Part shown: positions 9,955 to 19,672 of the stretch, piece by piece
Layout: every line of letters begins with the position of its first letter
How positions within the stretch are numbered: the stretch's first letter is position 1
NCBI GenBank assembly: GCA_963674945.2
Contig: CAXXWQ010000004.1
Location: 1,088,001 to 1,152,000 of the forward strand
Direction: 5' to 3'
DNA from: an uncultured Desulfosarcina sp.
GTDB taxonomy: Bacteria > Desulfobacterota > Desulfobacteria > Desulfobacterales > Desulfosarcinaceae
DNA: 64,000 nucleotides
Notes under the pieces: model-generated
Told to the model about the DNA's origin: nothing
Seen by the model: only the letters and a program-made list of their open reading frames with translations
Databases searched by the model: none
Made by a program: the position numbers and the translations under genes

Positions 9955-10253
9955 ACCGCTCACCGATCCAATGCGCTGAAGACCAATCGAGTTGCCCCTA
10001 ACGAAAATTCAGTAATCCACCGTTGCATTTTATCGTTGGCAAGTCTGATCCTGCCTGTATTGGAGAGTCACATTTCTCCATGTTGCGTGCATTCACAAGC
10101 AGCAGCTTTTGTTCAGTGAGTGATCGTCAGATGGATGCTTCCTGTTTTTACCGTCATCTGATATCATCTGGTTTCTTATGGATGCGGCTTCCCTGACGGC
10201 AATGTACAATTCGGTTGACAGGATAGACTGAAAATTTGTAAGTTAGCTCCCTT

Positions 10254-11024
10254 ATGGACATGGAAAGAATCAAAAAGGTGGCCATGGGTGCCGCGATTCG
10301 CAGCGGCAAGGTGCTTACGGCGCACCATGGGAAAATTCGTTCGGTTCGAAAAAAAGGTGCCATCGACCTGGTCACCGAGGCGGATACCGAGTCTGAAGCG
10401 GCGATTATTGAAAAAATCAAGGAAGCCTTTCCCCATCACGAAATTATCGCCGAGGAAAGTGGCGCCCATGCCGGCAGTGGCGGACGATGGATCATCGATC
10501 CGTTGGACGGCACCACCAATTTCGCCCATGGTCTTCCGCTTTTTTGTGTCTCCATCGCTTTCGCGGCAGACGATGATGTCTTGATCGGCATCGTCCTGGC
10601 GCCTCTGATGAACGAGCTGTTCATCGGCATCAAAGGACAGGGCGCCCAACGAAACGGAACCCCCATATCCGTGTCCGACACCCGGTCACTGGCAGACAGT
10701 CTGCTGGTCACCGGCTTTCCCTATGATCACCAGACAATCTTCGAGGAAATGATGGCCCGTTTCGGCAGGTGTCTTTCGGCCACCCGGGGTGTTCGACGAC
10801 TCGGTTCCGCCGCCCTGGATCTTTGCTACGTGGCTTGCGGTCGGTTTGATGGGTTCTGGGAACAGCACCTGAATCCATGGGACACGGCGGCCGGCTGTCT
10901 GATCGCCCGCGAAGCCGGCGCCCGCATTACAAATTTCTCGAACGAACCATTTGCCATCAACATGGATGAGATCCTCTCCACCAATGGTGCAATCCATGAC
11001 GAACTTCTTACATTGCTAAAATAA
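10254..11024 (+). CDS. suhB: Inositol monophosphatase family protein
   Basis: WIIDPLDGTTNFAHG, RRLGSAALDL, WDTAAG; TTGACA promoter at about 10215. Confidence 0.92.
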   Translation: MDMERIKKVAMGAAIRSGKVLTAHHGKIRSVRKKGAIDLVTEADTESEAAIIEKIKEAFPHHEIIAEESGAHAGSGGRWIIDPLDGTTNFAHGLPLFCVSIAFAADDDVLIGIVLAPLMNELFIGIKGQGAQRNGTPISVSDTRSLADSLLVTGFPYDHQTIFEEMMARFGRCLSATRGVRRLGSAALDLCYVACGRFDGFWEQHLNPWDTAAGCLIAREAGARITNFSNEPFAINMDEILSTNGAIHDELLTLLK

Positions 11025-11031
11025 CGGAATT

Positions 11032-11235
11032 ATGTCGATGACACGAGAACAGAAATTGGAAATCGACCTGGAACGCTACATAGGATGTTTTGGCGCCTAT
11101 CGAAAAGATGACCTCATTTGCCGAAAAAAATGCGCTTTGAATGTCAGATGCGCCATCGAGCACGATCAAAACGAACGGTTTGAAATCCTGGAAGAACTGG
11201 TATCGGGCAGTGGAATGGTAATCAGGGTGAATTAG
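11032..11235 (+). CDS. Small Cys-containing hypothetical protein (67 aa)
   Basis: Starts 7 nt after suhB; CFG-x8-C-x3-C-x5-C pattern. Confidence 0.6.
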   Translation: MSMTREQKLEIDLERYIGCFGAYRKDDLICRKKCALNVRCAIEHDQNERFEILEELVSGSGMVIRVN

Positions 11236-11277
11236 TACCCATTTTCTAATAGACAATTCGCCCGATATCAGCGTTAT

Positions 11278-12618
11278 TTACAGCTCCCCTTTTTCCAATT
11301 TCTTGGACAAAAATTCCACATGTTTTTGTACGGGGCCATTTTCCTTGATTCCCTTTTTTACGGCCTTTAACGCGTGAAGTGTCGTTGCATGGTACCGGTT
11401 AAAGCTCTTGCCGATTGCCTGAAGGGAGTGTTCCGTGTATTGCCGGGACAGATACATGGCGACCTGCCGGGGACGCACAATGGCCTGCCGTCGGCTGCGA
11501 GAAGTCAAGTCATCCATCGTAACGTTGTAGTATTTGCAAACGAGTTTTTTTATGGAATCCAACGTAATGTTGGACCGGGAGACGACGATATTTTCCACAA
11601 CACTTCTCGCCAGCATCAAATCCGCCTCCTTTCCCAAGAGAGAGGCCTTTGCGGCGACACCGATAAAACCGCTTTTCAATTGACGGACATCATCGGTCAA
11701 TTCGGTTGCCAGGTATTGGCAAATCTCATTTGATACCTTGTATCCACTGGTTTTTGCGGTGTGCTGGAGAATCCTGAGCCGGGTTCTATAGTCTGGCTTG
11801 TCGATTTTGGATATGAGTCCGCAACACAGCCGTGATTTGAGCTTGTCGTTGAGTTTGGGGATATCCGAGGGTAGATAATAGCTGGAGTAGATGATTTTCT
11901 TGTTTGCGTTCATCAAGGACTCCAGCGTGTTCGACAACTCTTCCTGTGTTCCGTTCTTGCCGCTTAAAAAATGCACGTCCTCCAGCAGCAGCACATCGCA
12001 TTGATTGCGATATTTCTCTTTAAAAGAATGAATGCTGCTGTTTCGATAGGAGTCGGTCATCTCATTCATGAAGTCTTCGGCGGTGATGTAGTAAACTCGC
12101 TGCTTGGGAAACATCTGTAAAATATGATGCCCGGCAGCCTGGGCGAGGTGACTTTTTCCCAGTCCGGTTTTAGAATGCAGGTAAAGGGAATTTTGACTGC
12201 CGATCCCCCGGGCCGCCAGCGATAAGGCTGCCGAATAAGCAAAATCACTGTTTTGGCCAACCACAAATTGGTCGAAGGTGAAGTCCTTTCTCAGCAGTCT
12301 GCCACCGGCGAACGGTATATCCATCCTTGGCAATTTCATTTGCCGGTCGTCGTCGTCTTCTCCCGCTGCCTGCCTGTCCTGAGAATTGACGACCAATTGA
12401 ACCTTGACATTTTCCCTGGTCAACTGGCAAAAGGATTCTTCGATAATCCGGCCATATTGGTCGGCGATCCGTTTCCTGGAAAAATGGTTGGGACAGGTAA
12501 GTACGATGGTATTGCCTGCACCTTTGCAAAAGACCACGGGTTCGATCCACATGCGGTAGCAGTGGCCCGGTATTTTGTCTTTCAGTACGGATTTCACGGA
12601 GTTCCAAGTATCTTCCAT
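11278..12618 (-). CDS. dnaA: Chromosomal replication initiator DnaA (divergent, not linked to dnaN)
   Basis: Domain I WI.P...PN.F, FTFDQFVVG.N, Walker A SKTGLGKSHL, Walker B LLLEDVHFL, domain IV RPRQVAMYL. Confidence 0.93.
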   Translation of the reverse strand: MEDTWNSVKSVLKDKIPGHCYRMWIEPVVFCKGAGNTIVLTCPNHFSRKRIADQYGRIIEESFCQLTRENVKVQLVVNSQDRQAAGEDDDDRQMKLPRMDIPFAGGRLLRKDFTFDQFVVGQNSDFAYSAALSLAARGIGSQNSLYLHSKTGLGKSHLAQAAGHHILQMFPKQRVYYITAEDFMNEMTDSYRNSSIHSFKEKYRNQCDVLLLEDVHFLSGKNGTQEELSNTLESLMNANKKIIYSSYYLPSDIPKLNDKLKSRLCCGLISKIDKPDYRTRLRILQHTAKTSGYKVSNEICQYLATELTDDVRQLKSGFIGVAAKASLLGKEADLMLARSVVENIVVSRSNITLDSIKKLVCKYYNVTMDDLTSRSRRQAIVRPRQVAMYLSRQYTEHSLQAIGKSFNRYHATTLHALKAVKKGIKENGPVQKHVEFLSKKLEKGEL

Positions 12619-12964
12619 TTATTAAATAAATCCCCCTCAGAAAAAACAGAAAATAACGATTTGTATGCGCGTAATCGAGCAAGCGTCAGGTTCACTTACT
12701 AAAAATTGCTATTTTAGATGTATTATACGTGGTTTTCGGAATGGTCGTCACCAGACCGGGTGACTGGAAGGTTATTTACATTGATCAGCCTGTTTCCGTC
12801 AATCGGAAAGAATACCGGTTTAACAAACCGCTAACATATCGCTTACAATAAAATTTTTATATTATTATTTCATATAGTTATTTCATGTTGACAAAGCAAC
12901 TGCTTCGAAATACAGGGTTTTTGCCGCAAGATTATTTCCATAAGCATTTTAAAGGGATCGAGAG

Positions 12965-12985
12965 TTATCAACAATGTGTCGATAA
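12965..12985. promoter_or_regulatory. Inverted pair of DnaA-box-like 9-mers
   Basis: TTATCAACA (12965-12973), a 3 nt spacer, then TGTCGATAA (12977-12985); each matches TTATCCACA at 8/9, in the AT-rich dnaA-uvrA spacer. Confidence 0.55.
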
Positions 12986-13159
12986 ATCTATAAACTCCGA
13001 TTTTTTCGTTATTTCTTCTAATTCCTTTGTTTTTCGATTTTATTGCGCTTGGCCATCTGACATTTTTGTGCCGGGTAGAACCAAAGATGGATTTACAAAC
13101 CCGGCACGGCCCGGTAATATAGCGACCATGTGCCACCGACAACACGCCCCCATAAGGCC

Positions 13160-16000
13160 ATGACCCCATCAGACTTTATCACCATCGAAGGGGCCAGGCA
13201 GTATAACCTGAAAAACATCAGCCTGCGTCTGCCGCGAAACCGGCTCGTGGTCATCACCGGTCTCTCCGGATCCGGGAAATCCACGCTGGCCTTCGATACG
13301 CTTTATGCCGAGGGTCAGCGACGCTACGTGGAGTCGCTTTCTACCTATGCCCGTCAGTTTCTGGAGCGTCTGGAAAAACCGGATGTGGACCTGATCGATG
13401 GACTCAGCCCCGCCATCGCCATCGAGCAAAAATCCTCTGTCCATAACCCCCGATCGACGGTGGGAACGGTCACGGAGATATACGATTTCATCCGACTTCT
13501 TTACGCCCGCACGGGAACAGTCCACTGCCACCGGTGCGACCGTCCCATCATCTCGGTGACCATCGATGAAATGGTGGAATCGGTGATGGCCAGCCAAGAG
13601 GGTTCCCGTCTGTTGATTTTGTCACCCGTGAAAAACGATCCCGCCGATAAGACTGCATCCTTGGCGAGGAAACTGACCAAAGAGGGGTTTGCCCGCGTCC
13701 GCGTGGACGGCAAGATACGTGAGATTGACACTATTGACCGGAACTCGCTATCCAATGTTCGGCAATTGCAGGTGGTGATCGATCGTCTCATCCTCAAGCC
13801 CGGTATTCGGAACCGGCTGGCCGATTCCATGGAACTGGCCATCGCCCGCTCCGATGGCCAAGTGGAGGTGGCCTTCGTTGGCAAATCCATGGACGACATC
13901 GTCCAGACCCTTCAATTCAACGAAAGGGCCGCCTGCGTCCACTGTGGGATCAGCTATCCGGACCTCTCTCCGGCCAGCTTTTCCTTCAACTCGCCCCACG
14001 GCGCATGTCCCCAGTGCGATGGATTGGGAACGACCCGCCGGTTTTCCGAAGAGCGGATCGTCCCCAATCCCCGACTCTCCCTACGGGAGGGGGCGATCCG
14101 GGTCTGGGCCCATCGTCGATCTTTCGCTTTCATCGAGTTTCTCGAAAATCTCACCAGCCTCTACGGCACCGACATCTATACGGCCTACGAAGCGCTTCCA
14201 AAAGACTTTCGAAATCTTCTCATGGAGGGGTCAAAGGATCTGCGAATCCCGGTAACCACCTATGCCGGTGGGCATGCGGCAAAGAAAATGGAGCCCTTCC
14301 ATGGAATCTTAGCGGAACTTTCCAGGCAATATGCCCAGGCCAAATCCACCGCCGAGAAAAGGGAGCTTGAACAATACATGGCCGACCTGCCCTGTCCGCA
14401 ATGCGGCGGCACCCGACTGCGAACGGAGAGTCGCCATGTCCGAATCCAGGGCCTGGCCATCCATGAACTGACTGCTCAGCCCATTTCCCGCCTGCATCGG
14501 TTCTTCACCCGTTTTCCAAAAGACGGCAGACGCGGCGCCGTGGCCGAAAAGATCATCGGGGAGATCACCACACGTCTCTCCTTTTTGAATGATGTGGGAC
14601 TCTCCTATCTTTCCATGGACCGGCCGGCCCACACCCTCTCCGGTGGAGAGAGCCAACGAATTCGATTGGCCACCCAGATCGGTTCGAGATTGACAGGCGT
14701 CCTCTATGTGTTGGACGAACCCAGCATCGGACTGCACCAAAGGGACAACCAGCGGCTTTTGGATACATTGCTTCGCATGCGCGACATGGGAAATTCCGTA
14801 TTGGTGGTGGAGCATGACGAAGACACCATTTTCGCGGCAGACCATGTGGTGGACATGGGGCCCGGCGCCGGCATATCCGGCGGCCATGTGGTGTTTGCAG
14901 GGACTCCTTCCGAGATGTGCCGGGACGAACACTCCCTGACCGGCCGCTACCTTTCCGGACGGATGAAAATCGAGGTACCGGAACAGCGTCGGAAGGCGAA
15001 AAACGGATCGGTTCAAGTATTCGGTGCCTGCATGAATAATCTGAAACAGATCGACGTCTCCTTTCCCATCGGACTGTTCACCTGTGTGACCGGTGTTTCC
15101 GGTTCCGGCAAATCCACCCTCGTCATCGATACCCTCTACCGTGCGGCCTTGGGACATTTGCAGCGTCCCCATATGGCCACCGGTGGATACGAGAAGATCG
15201 AAGGTCTCGATAAAATCGACAAAATCATCGACATCGACCAGAGTCCCATCGGAAAAACCCCTCGCTCCAACACGGGTACCTATACGGGGCTGTTTTCTCC
15301 CATCCGGGAATTGATCAGTCGCACCCCAGAGGCCAGGATGAGGGGATACAAACCGGGCCGCTTCTCCTTCAACATCCGTGGCGGACGGTGTGAGGCGTGC
15401 GAAGGTGATGGCATCGTCCGCATCGAAATGCACTTTCTCCCCGATATCTTCGTGCCATGCGACGTCTGCAAGGGAAAACGCTACAATCGTGAGACCCTTG
15501 AGATCCGCTACAAGGGAAAAAACATCGCGGAAATCCTTTCGATGACCGTGGATGACTGCCTTACCATGTTCCAAAACATCAACCCCATCCGCGCCAAACT
15601 GCAAACCCTGGCAGATGTGGGGTTGGGGTATATTCCCATTGGACAGCCGGCAACGACCCTCTCGGGAGGTGAAGCCCAACGAATCAAACTATCCCGGGAA
15701 CTGAGCAAGAAAAGTACGGGGAGAACCCTTTACATCCTTGACGAACCGACGACGGGATTGCATCCCGACGACATCCGCAAACTGCTCAATGTTCTCAATC
15801 GCCTGGTGGATGCGGGAAATACGGTGGTGGTGATCGAACACAACCTCGACGTCATCAAAACGGTGGATCATGTCATCGACCTGGGACCGGAAGGCGGCAG
15901 TGCGGGTGGAAACGTGGTTGCGACCGGTTCCCCCGAAGAAATCTGCCAGGCAGCCCAATCCCATACGGGCCGCTATCTGAAGAGGGTGCTGGAAGGATAA
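13160..16000 (+). CDS. uvrA: Excinuclease ABC subunit A
   Basis: Two ABC ATPase modules (GLSGSGKSTL, GVSGSGKSTL, LSGGE), Zn fingers. Confidence 0.98.
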   Translation: MTPSDFITIEGARQYNLKNISLRLPRNRLVVITGLSGSGKSTLAFDTLYAEGQRRYVESLSTYARQFLERLEKPDVDLIDGLSPAIAIEQKSSVHNPRSTVGTVTEIYDFIRLLYARTGTVHCHRCDRPIISVTIDEMVESVMASQEGSRLLILSPVKNDPADKTASLARKLTKEGFARVRVDGKIREIDTIDRNSLSNVRQLQVVIDRLILKPGIRNRLADSMELAIARSDGQVEVAFVGKSMDDIVQTLQFNERAACVHCGISYPDLSPASFSFNSPHGACPQCDGLGTTRRFSEERIVPNPRLSLREGAIRVWAHRRSFAFIEFLENLTSLYGTDIYTAYEALPKDFRNLLMEGSKDLRIPVTTYAGGHAAKKMEPFHGILAELSRQYAQAKSTAEKRELEQYMADLPCPQCGGTRLRTESRHVRIQGLAIHELTAQPISRLHRFFTRFPKDGRRGAVAEKIIGEITTRLSFLNDVGLSYLSMDRPAHTLSGGESQRIRLATQIGSRLTGVLYVLDEPSIGLHQRDNQRLLDTLLRMRDMGNSVLVVEHDEDTIFAADHVVDMGPGAGISGGHVVFAGTPSEMCRDEHSLTGRYLSGRMKIEVPEQRRKAKNGSVQVFGACMNNLKQIDVSFPIGLFTCVTGVSGSGKSTLVIDTLYRAALGHLQRPHMATGGYEKIEGLDKIDKIIDIDQSPIGKTPRSNTGTYTGLFSPIRELISRTPEARMRGYKPGRFSFNIRGGRCEACEGDGIVRIEMHFLPDIFVPCDVCKGKRYNRETLEIRYKGKNIAEILSMTVDDCLTMFQNINPIRAKLQTLADVGLGYIPIGQPATTLSGGEAQRIKLSRELSKKSTGRTLYILDEPTTGLHPDDIRKLLNVLNRLVDAGNTVVVIEHNLDVIKTVDHVIDLGPEGGSAGGNVVATGSPEEICQAAQSHTGRYLKRVLEG

Positions 16001-16034
16001 AAAAAAGGGCCGCTGTCGAAACAGCGACCCTTTC
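16001..16034. terminator. Intrinsic terminator between convergent uvrA and atpE
   Basis: AAGGGCCGCTGT-CGAA-ACAGCGACCCTT hairpin with flanking A/T tracts. Confidence 0.8.
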
Positions 16035-16057
16035 GTACTCGTTTTACAAGTCGACGA

Positions 16058-16336
16058 TTAGTGTCCGCCGAGCAGTCCGGCAATTGCGCCAGCCTGGGGA
16101 TGCGCATAGATCAGAATCAGGGAGACGACCAGCGCATAAATACAAAGAGACTCGATCATGGCCAGACCGATCAGCATGGTCACGGTGACTTTACCGGAAG
16201 ATTCGGGATTGCGGGCGATGCCTTCAACGGCGGCCTTGAGGCCCATGCCCTGACCGATGCCACAACCGAAGGCGGCGATTGCAATACCAAAACCAGCTGC
16301 TGTCACACACGCGATAAAAAACTGCAAAGCTTCCAT
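16058..16336 (-). CDS. atpE: F0F1 ATP synthase subunit c
   Basis: [19 protein letters not shown]. Confidence 0.97.
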   Translation of the reverse strand: MEALQFFIACVTAAGFGIAIAAFGCGIGQGMGLKAAVEGIARNPESSGKVTVTMLIGLAMIESLCIYALVVSLILIYAHPQAGAIAGLLGGH

Positions 16337-16459
16337 ATCTCTTACGACCTCCTTTAAAGAATGTTAGTTAGGGCTTCTTCCAGTTACCCCAATTTCGTTT
16401 GTACACGCCGATTCGCCGAAAAAGGCGAATCGACGAAAATCCCAAATACAGTTACGCCA

Positions 16460-17149
16460 TCAGTGGGCGTGTTCCATGGCCCCGGAAAAGTAGATGATGG
16501 ACAAAAGAAAAAAGACGAATCCCTGCACGAAGGCAACGAAGATGCCAAGGGCCATAATGGGCAGGGGGGCGAAGAAAGCGCCGGCCAGGCCGAACAGGAT
16601 GGCCAGTACGATCTCGTGTCCCATCATGTTTCCGAAAAGACGGAAGCTGAGGGAGAGGATCCGGGCGAGGTGTCCGATGATCTCGATGATAAAGATCAGG
16701 GGCGCCATCCACCAGACCGGTCCCAAAAAGTGTTTGATGTAGGATGCGCCGTGGTACTTGATGCCGATGACATGGGTGAAGACCACAACGACCAGGGCAA
16801 CGGAAGCCGTGGTATTGAGGTTGGCGGTGGGCGGAAGGAAACCAGGAATGATACCGATGAGGTTCCCGATGAAAACGTAGAGAAAAACCGTAGCTGCCAG
16901 GGGAAAGAGCCAACGGGCCTCCTCACCGGCTGTTTCAACCATGAAATCCTCGATTGTCACAACGACGATCTCGGCTAAATTCTGGCCGCTGCCCGGAATC
17001 AATTTAATGGTTTTGGTGGCCAATGCACCCAGTATGATCAAGATCGCCATCAACACCCATGAGTACACCACGTGGGGATACGTATGGGCGAAATGCCCCA
17101 GCCCGATCACTTCAAACAGCTTCACGAAAAATAGATAGGGATGCTCCAT
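16460..17149 (-). CDS. atpB: F0F1 ATP synthase subunit a
   Basis: PTANLNTT, LSLSFRLFGNM, VQGFVF. Confidence 0.97.
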   Translation of the reverse strand: MEHPYLFFVKLFEVIGLGHFAHTYPHVVYSWVLMAILIILGALATKTIKLIPGSGQNLAEIVVVTIEDFMVETAGEEARWLFPLAATVFLYVFIGNLIGIIPGFLPPTANLNTTASVALVVVVFTHVIGIKYHGASYIKHFLGPVWWMAPLIFIIEIIGHLARILSLSFRLFGNMMGHEIVLAILFGLAGAFFAPLPIMALGIFVAFVQGFVFFLLSIIYFSGAMEHAH

Positions 17150-17151
17150 CC

Positions 17152-17538
17152 TTAGACCGCCTCCTTGAAAATGAGTTTTTTTATTTCAACCATGGTGGCC
17201 AGGGTAATGCTGGCAACCACGACGGAAAGACCGATGAACAAACCGATGGGATTCACCACCTGCTGACGGATAAGAAAGAAGATGATCACGCCGCTGATGA
17301 TAAAACGAATGTAGTATTTAACGAGTATGGCGTTGGGGGATGCCAGTTGTCGGGGGTTGAGGGCTTTTTTCAGTGTCTTGGCCAGCAGATGGAAATTGAT
17401 CGTGACGATGAGTCCGCCGAAAAGAATACCCCTTGCAAATGGCGGCGAGGTGGCCAAAAGCCCCAGCAGGCTGGTCGAAACCAGCAGCAGCCAGTTGGAT
17501 CGTGTGATGAATGTAAGCAAACGCCGCTGAATATTCAC
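17152..17538 (-). CDS. atpI: ATP synthase subunit I
   Basis: Four-TM hydrophobic protein directly upstream of atpB; GTG start chosen. Confidence 0.8.
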   Translation of the reverse strand: MNIQRRLLTFITRSNWLLLVSTSLLGLLATSPPFARGILFGGLIVTINFHLLAKTLKKALNPRQLASPNAILVKYYIRFIISGVIIFFLIRQQVVNPIGLFIGLSVVVASITLATMVEIKKLIFKEAV

Positions 17539-17563
17539 GTTGGATTGCCGTTGGCTTTTGTTG

Positions 17564-17782
17564 TCACAATTTTCGGCTCTTTTTGATCGCCAGGCCGATA
17601 TTTCGATATCCCCCTGCAATACCCAACCCTAAAAAGACGAGGGTCAGCCAGGGAGATGTATCAAATCGCTTGTCCAAATAAACACCGATCCCGAGTCCGA
17701 TAAAAATGGAGAGGGAAACGGAAAGCCCTATGCTTGAAAAATATGCGAGTTCCCGTATCCACGCTCGTTTCTCTTTTTTCAT
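17564..17782 (-). CDS. AtpZ/AtpI-family (gene 1) protein
   Basis: G..LDK.F.TSPW motif; first gene of the F0 operon. Confidence 0.85.
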   Translation of the reverse strand: MKKEKRAWIRELAYFSSIGLSVSLSIFIGLGIGVYLDKRFDTSPWLTLVFLGLGIAGGYRNIGLAIKKSRKL

Positions 17783-17882
17783 GGGATTCGGCCCTCCTTT
17801 GACCGCAAAATGGCGTCAGGTCGAGCCTCGATCGGAATGGGTGCGTTTACCATAGCCAGACATTTAAGTCAACGCGAATTTG

Positions 17883-18683
17883 CTAGTCCCAGCAAAGCCT
17901 GCTGGCCTCGAAGACCGGTCCATCCGTGCAGACGTGGCGATAACGGGTATCATCGTCGGTGACACTGACCGCACATCCCAGGCACGCCCCCATGCCGCAT
18001 GCCATCATGGCTTCGATGGAGACCTGGCACGGGATGCCACGGGCCTTGGAAATGGCACAGACCGCCTTGAGCATTCCGGTGGGTCCACAGGCGCAGATCA
18101 GATCCACCGGTCCGCTTTCCAGCGCCCCTTCCAGGCTTCGTGTGACCACCCCCGAATGTCCCATGCTGCCGTCATCGGTGGAGACATCCAACAGGAGGCC
18201 GGGAAGGTCGAATTCGGTAATGCAGACCAAATCGTCTTTGGTCCGGCCGCCGATCAAGACCAAGCATCGGTCCGGTTTCGTTTTTTTGTCCAACAGCGTT
18301 TTTGCCAAAAAACGAATGGGCGGCACCCCCACCCCACCGGCAACGAGTACCAGACGGCGACAGGTGTCGGGGACCAGAAAAGCGTTTCCCAATGGACCGA
18401 GAAGGGAGAGTGTCTCCCCTTGGCGATACCGGCTGAGCCGTTTCGTGCCCTCCCCGACAACCTTGTACAGAATCTCGATGCCCGCGACCCGTCCCCTTTC
18501 GTGGATCAATCCCAATAGGGAAAAGGGCCGCCGCAACAAAGGCCTGGCCTCGATTCCGACCCGCACCATGACAAACTGGCCGGGTTTTGCCGTGTCGAAG
18601 CCGGCGGTGCAGGAAAGTCCCATGCGATAATATCCCGGCGCCTCGAGGCGATTGTATAAAACGGTGGTATCCTGCACGATCAT
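17883..18683 (-). CDS. pyrK: Dihydroorotate dehydrogenase electron transfer subunit
   Basis: PGQFVM, LRRPFS, AGGVGVPP, CGP and MACGMGACLGC...C.DGPVF. Confidence 0.88.
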   Translation of the reverse strand: MIVQDTTVLYNRLEAPGYYRMGLSCTAGFDTAKPGQFVMVRVGIEARPLLRRPFSLLGLIHERGRVAGIEILYKVVGEGTKRLSRYRQGETLSLLGPLGNAFLVPDTCRRLVLVAGGVGVPPIRFLAKTLLDKKTKPDRCLVLIGGRTKDDLVCITEFDLPGLLLDVSTDDGSMGHSGVVTRSLEGALESGPVDLICACGPTGMLKAVCAISKARGIPCQVSIEAMMACGMGACLGCAVSVTDDDTRYRHVCTDGPVFEASRLCWD

Positions 18684-19516
18684 GTTTTCTCCTTTAGACC
18701 GATCAGAGAAGCGAATCGGCCGGTTCGCTTTTCGGCCCGGTATGAAAAGAAGAGATGAGAATTGCACCGGGTGCAGATATTCGCCTGGAAAATCCGATCA
18801 TCTTGAAGACCGGCCGAAACCAGCTGATACCGGCTGATCCGCCAGAAGTCGAAATGATTCGTCCCGATCCGATACGGCCAAAACGCCTCGGGAATTTCCG
18901 TCTCGTAACGAATGAATTCGGCACAACAAGGCCCGAGGGAGGGACCGATGGCCGCGACCATCTGATCGGGCCGACAGCCGAACGCTTCATGCATGCGCGT
19001 TACGACCCGAGCGATGAGACCGGCCACACTTCCCCGCCATCCGCAGTGGACGTTGGCCACCACCGAATTGGAAGGGTCGTATAGCAGGACCGACTGGCAG
19101 TCGGCCGTCTGAATCGATAGAAAAGCCAGGGGACGGCTCGTGATGAGCGCGTCGGCCGGTTCCGGTATCGTTACGACGTTTTCCCGCGTGTACCGCCGTT
19201 CGGATGGGATCACCCGTATGGTGGTGCCATGGTTCTGGGTGGCATACACATGGACACCGCCACCGGTGACACGTCGCCAGAGATTCCGGTTGGCCGTCAC
19301 CGATTCCGGATCATCGCCCACGTCTTTTCCGAGATTCATCCCATCGAAGGGTCGGAGACTCTCCCCCCCACGCCGGCAGCCGATGGCATGCATCAGCCCG
19401 GGGAACCGGTTGAGGGCAGGAAATTGAAAATAGGAAACGTTCTCACGTTTGACCAACAGCAAGGGTTTTTCTCCGTAAAAAGCTTTTTCAGGCCACGTAT
19501 GGCCAAACAATCGCAT
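18680..19516 (-). CDS. pgeF: PgeF/YfiH-family protein
   Basis: QNHG, TADC, HCGWRG, GPSLGPCC, FFSYR; start uncertain. Confidence 0.9.
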   Translation of the reverse strand: MRLFGHTWPEKAFYGEKPLLLVKRENVSYFQFPALNRFPGLMHAIGCRRGGESLRPFDGMNLGKDVGDDPESVTANRNLWRRVTGGGVHVYATQNHGTTIRVIPSERRYTRENVVTIPEPADALITSRPLAFLSIQTADCQSVLLYDPSNSVVANVHCGWRGSVAGLIARVVTRMHEAFGCRPDQMVAAIGPSLGPCCAEFIRYETEIPEAFWPYRIGTNHFDFWRISRYQLVSAGLQDDRIFQANICTRCNSHLFFSYRAEKRTGRFASLIGLKEKT

Positions 19517-19643
19517 GACAGAAACTCGTTTTATTTACTTTGCCGATAGGCGAAAACGAGGGAAAAGCTTTTTATAAAAATTCCATTTTAATCTGTATTT
19601 ATAATACGAATTCCTTAGAAGTCAGGTCCTGTCACAATACTAT

Positions 19644-19672
19644 AAAATTTGGCCATTTCTGGATGGGCATTA
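19644..19672. repeat. Family-1 hairpin element, single terminal-repeat remnant
   Basis: AAATTTGGCCATTTCTGGATGGGCATTA matches the right end of the copies at 37774 and 47494; overlaps the comF stop. Confidence 0.7.

Noticed and set aside
12620..13159. Firm call of oriC, and ORFs 12870-13169 and 12885-13163
   Set aside because: No perfect DnaA box and gene orientation argues against it, so kept only as a candidate; the ORFs lack RBS and coding character.
14309..15679. 456-aa minus-strand ORF
   Set aside because: Antisense to uvrA.
16058..17782. F0 genes without atpFHAGDC
   Set aside because: A split atp operon is the usual arrangement in deltaproteobacteria; not a deletion.
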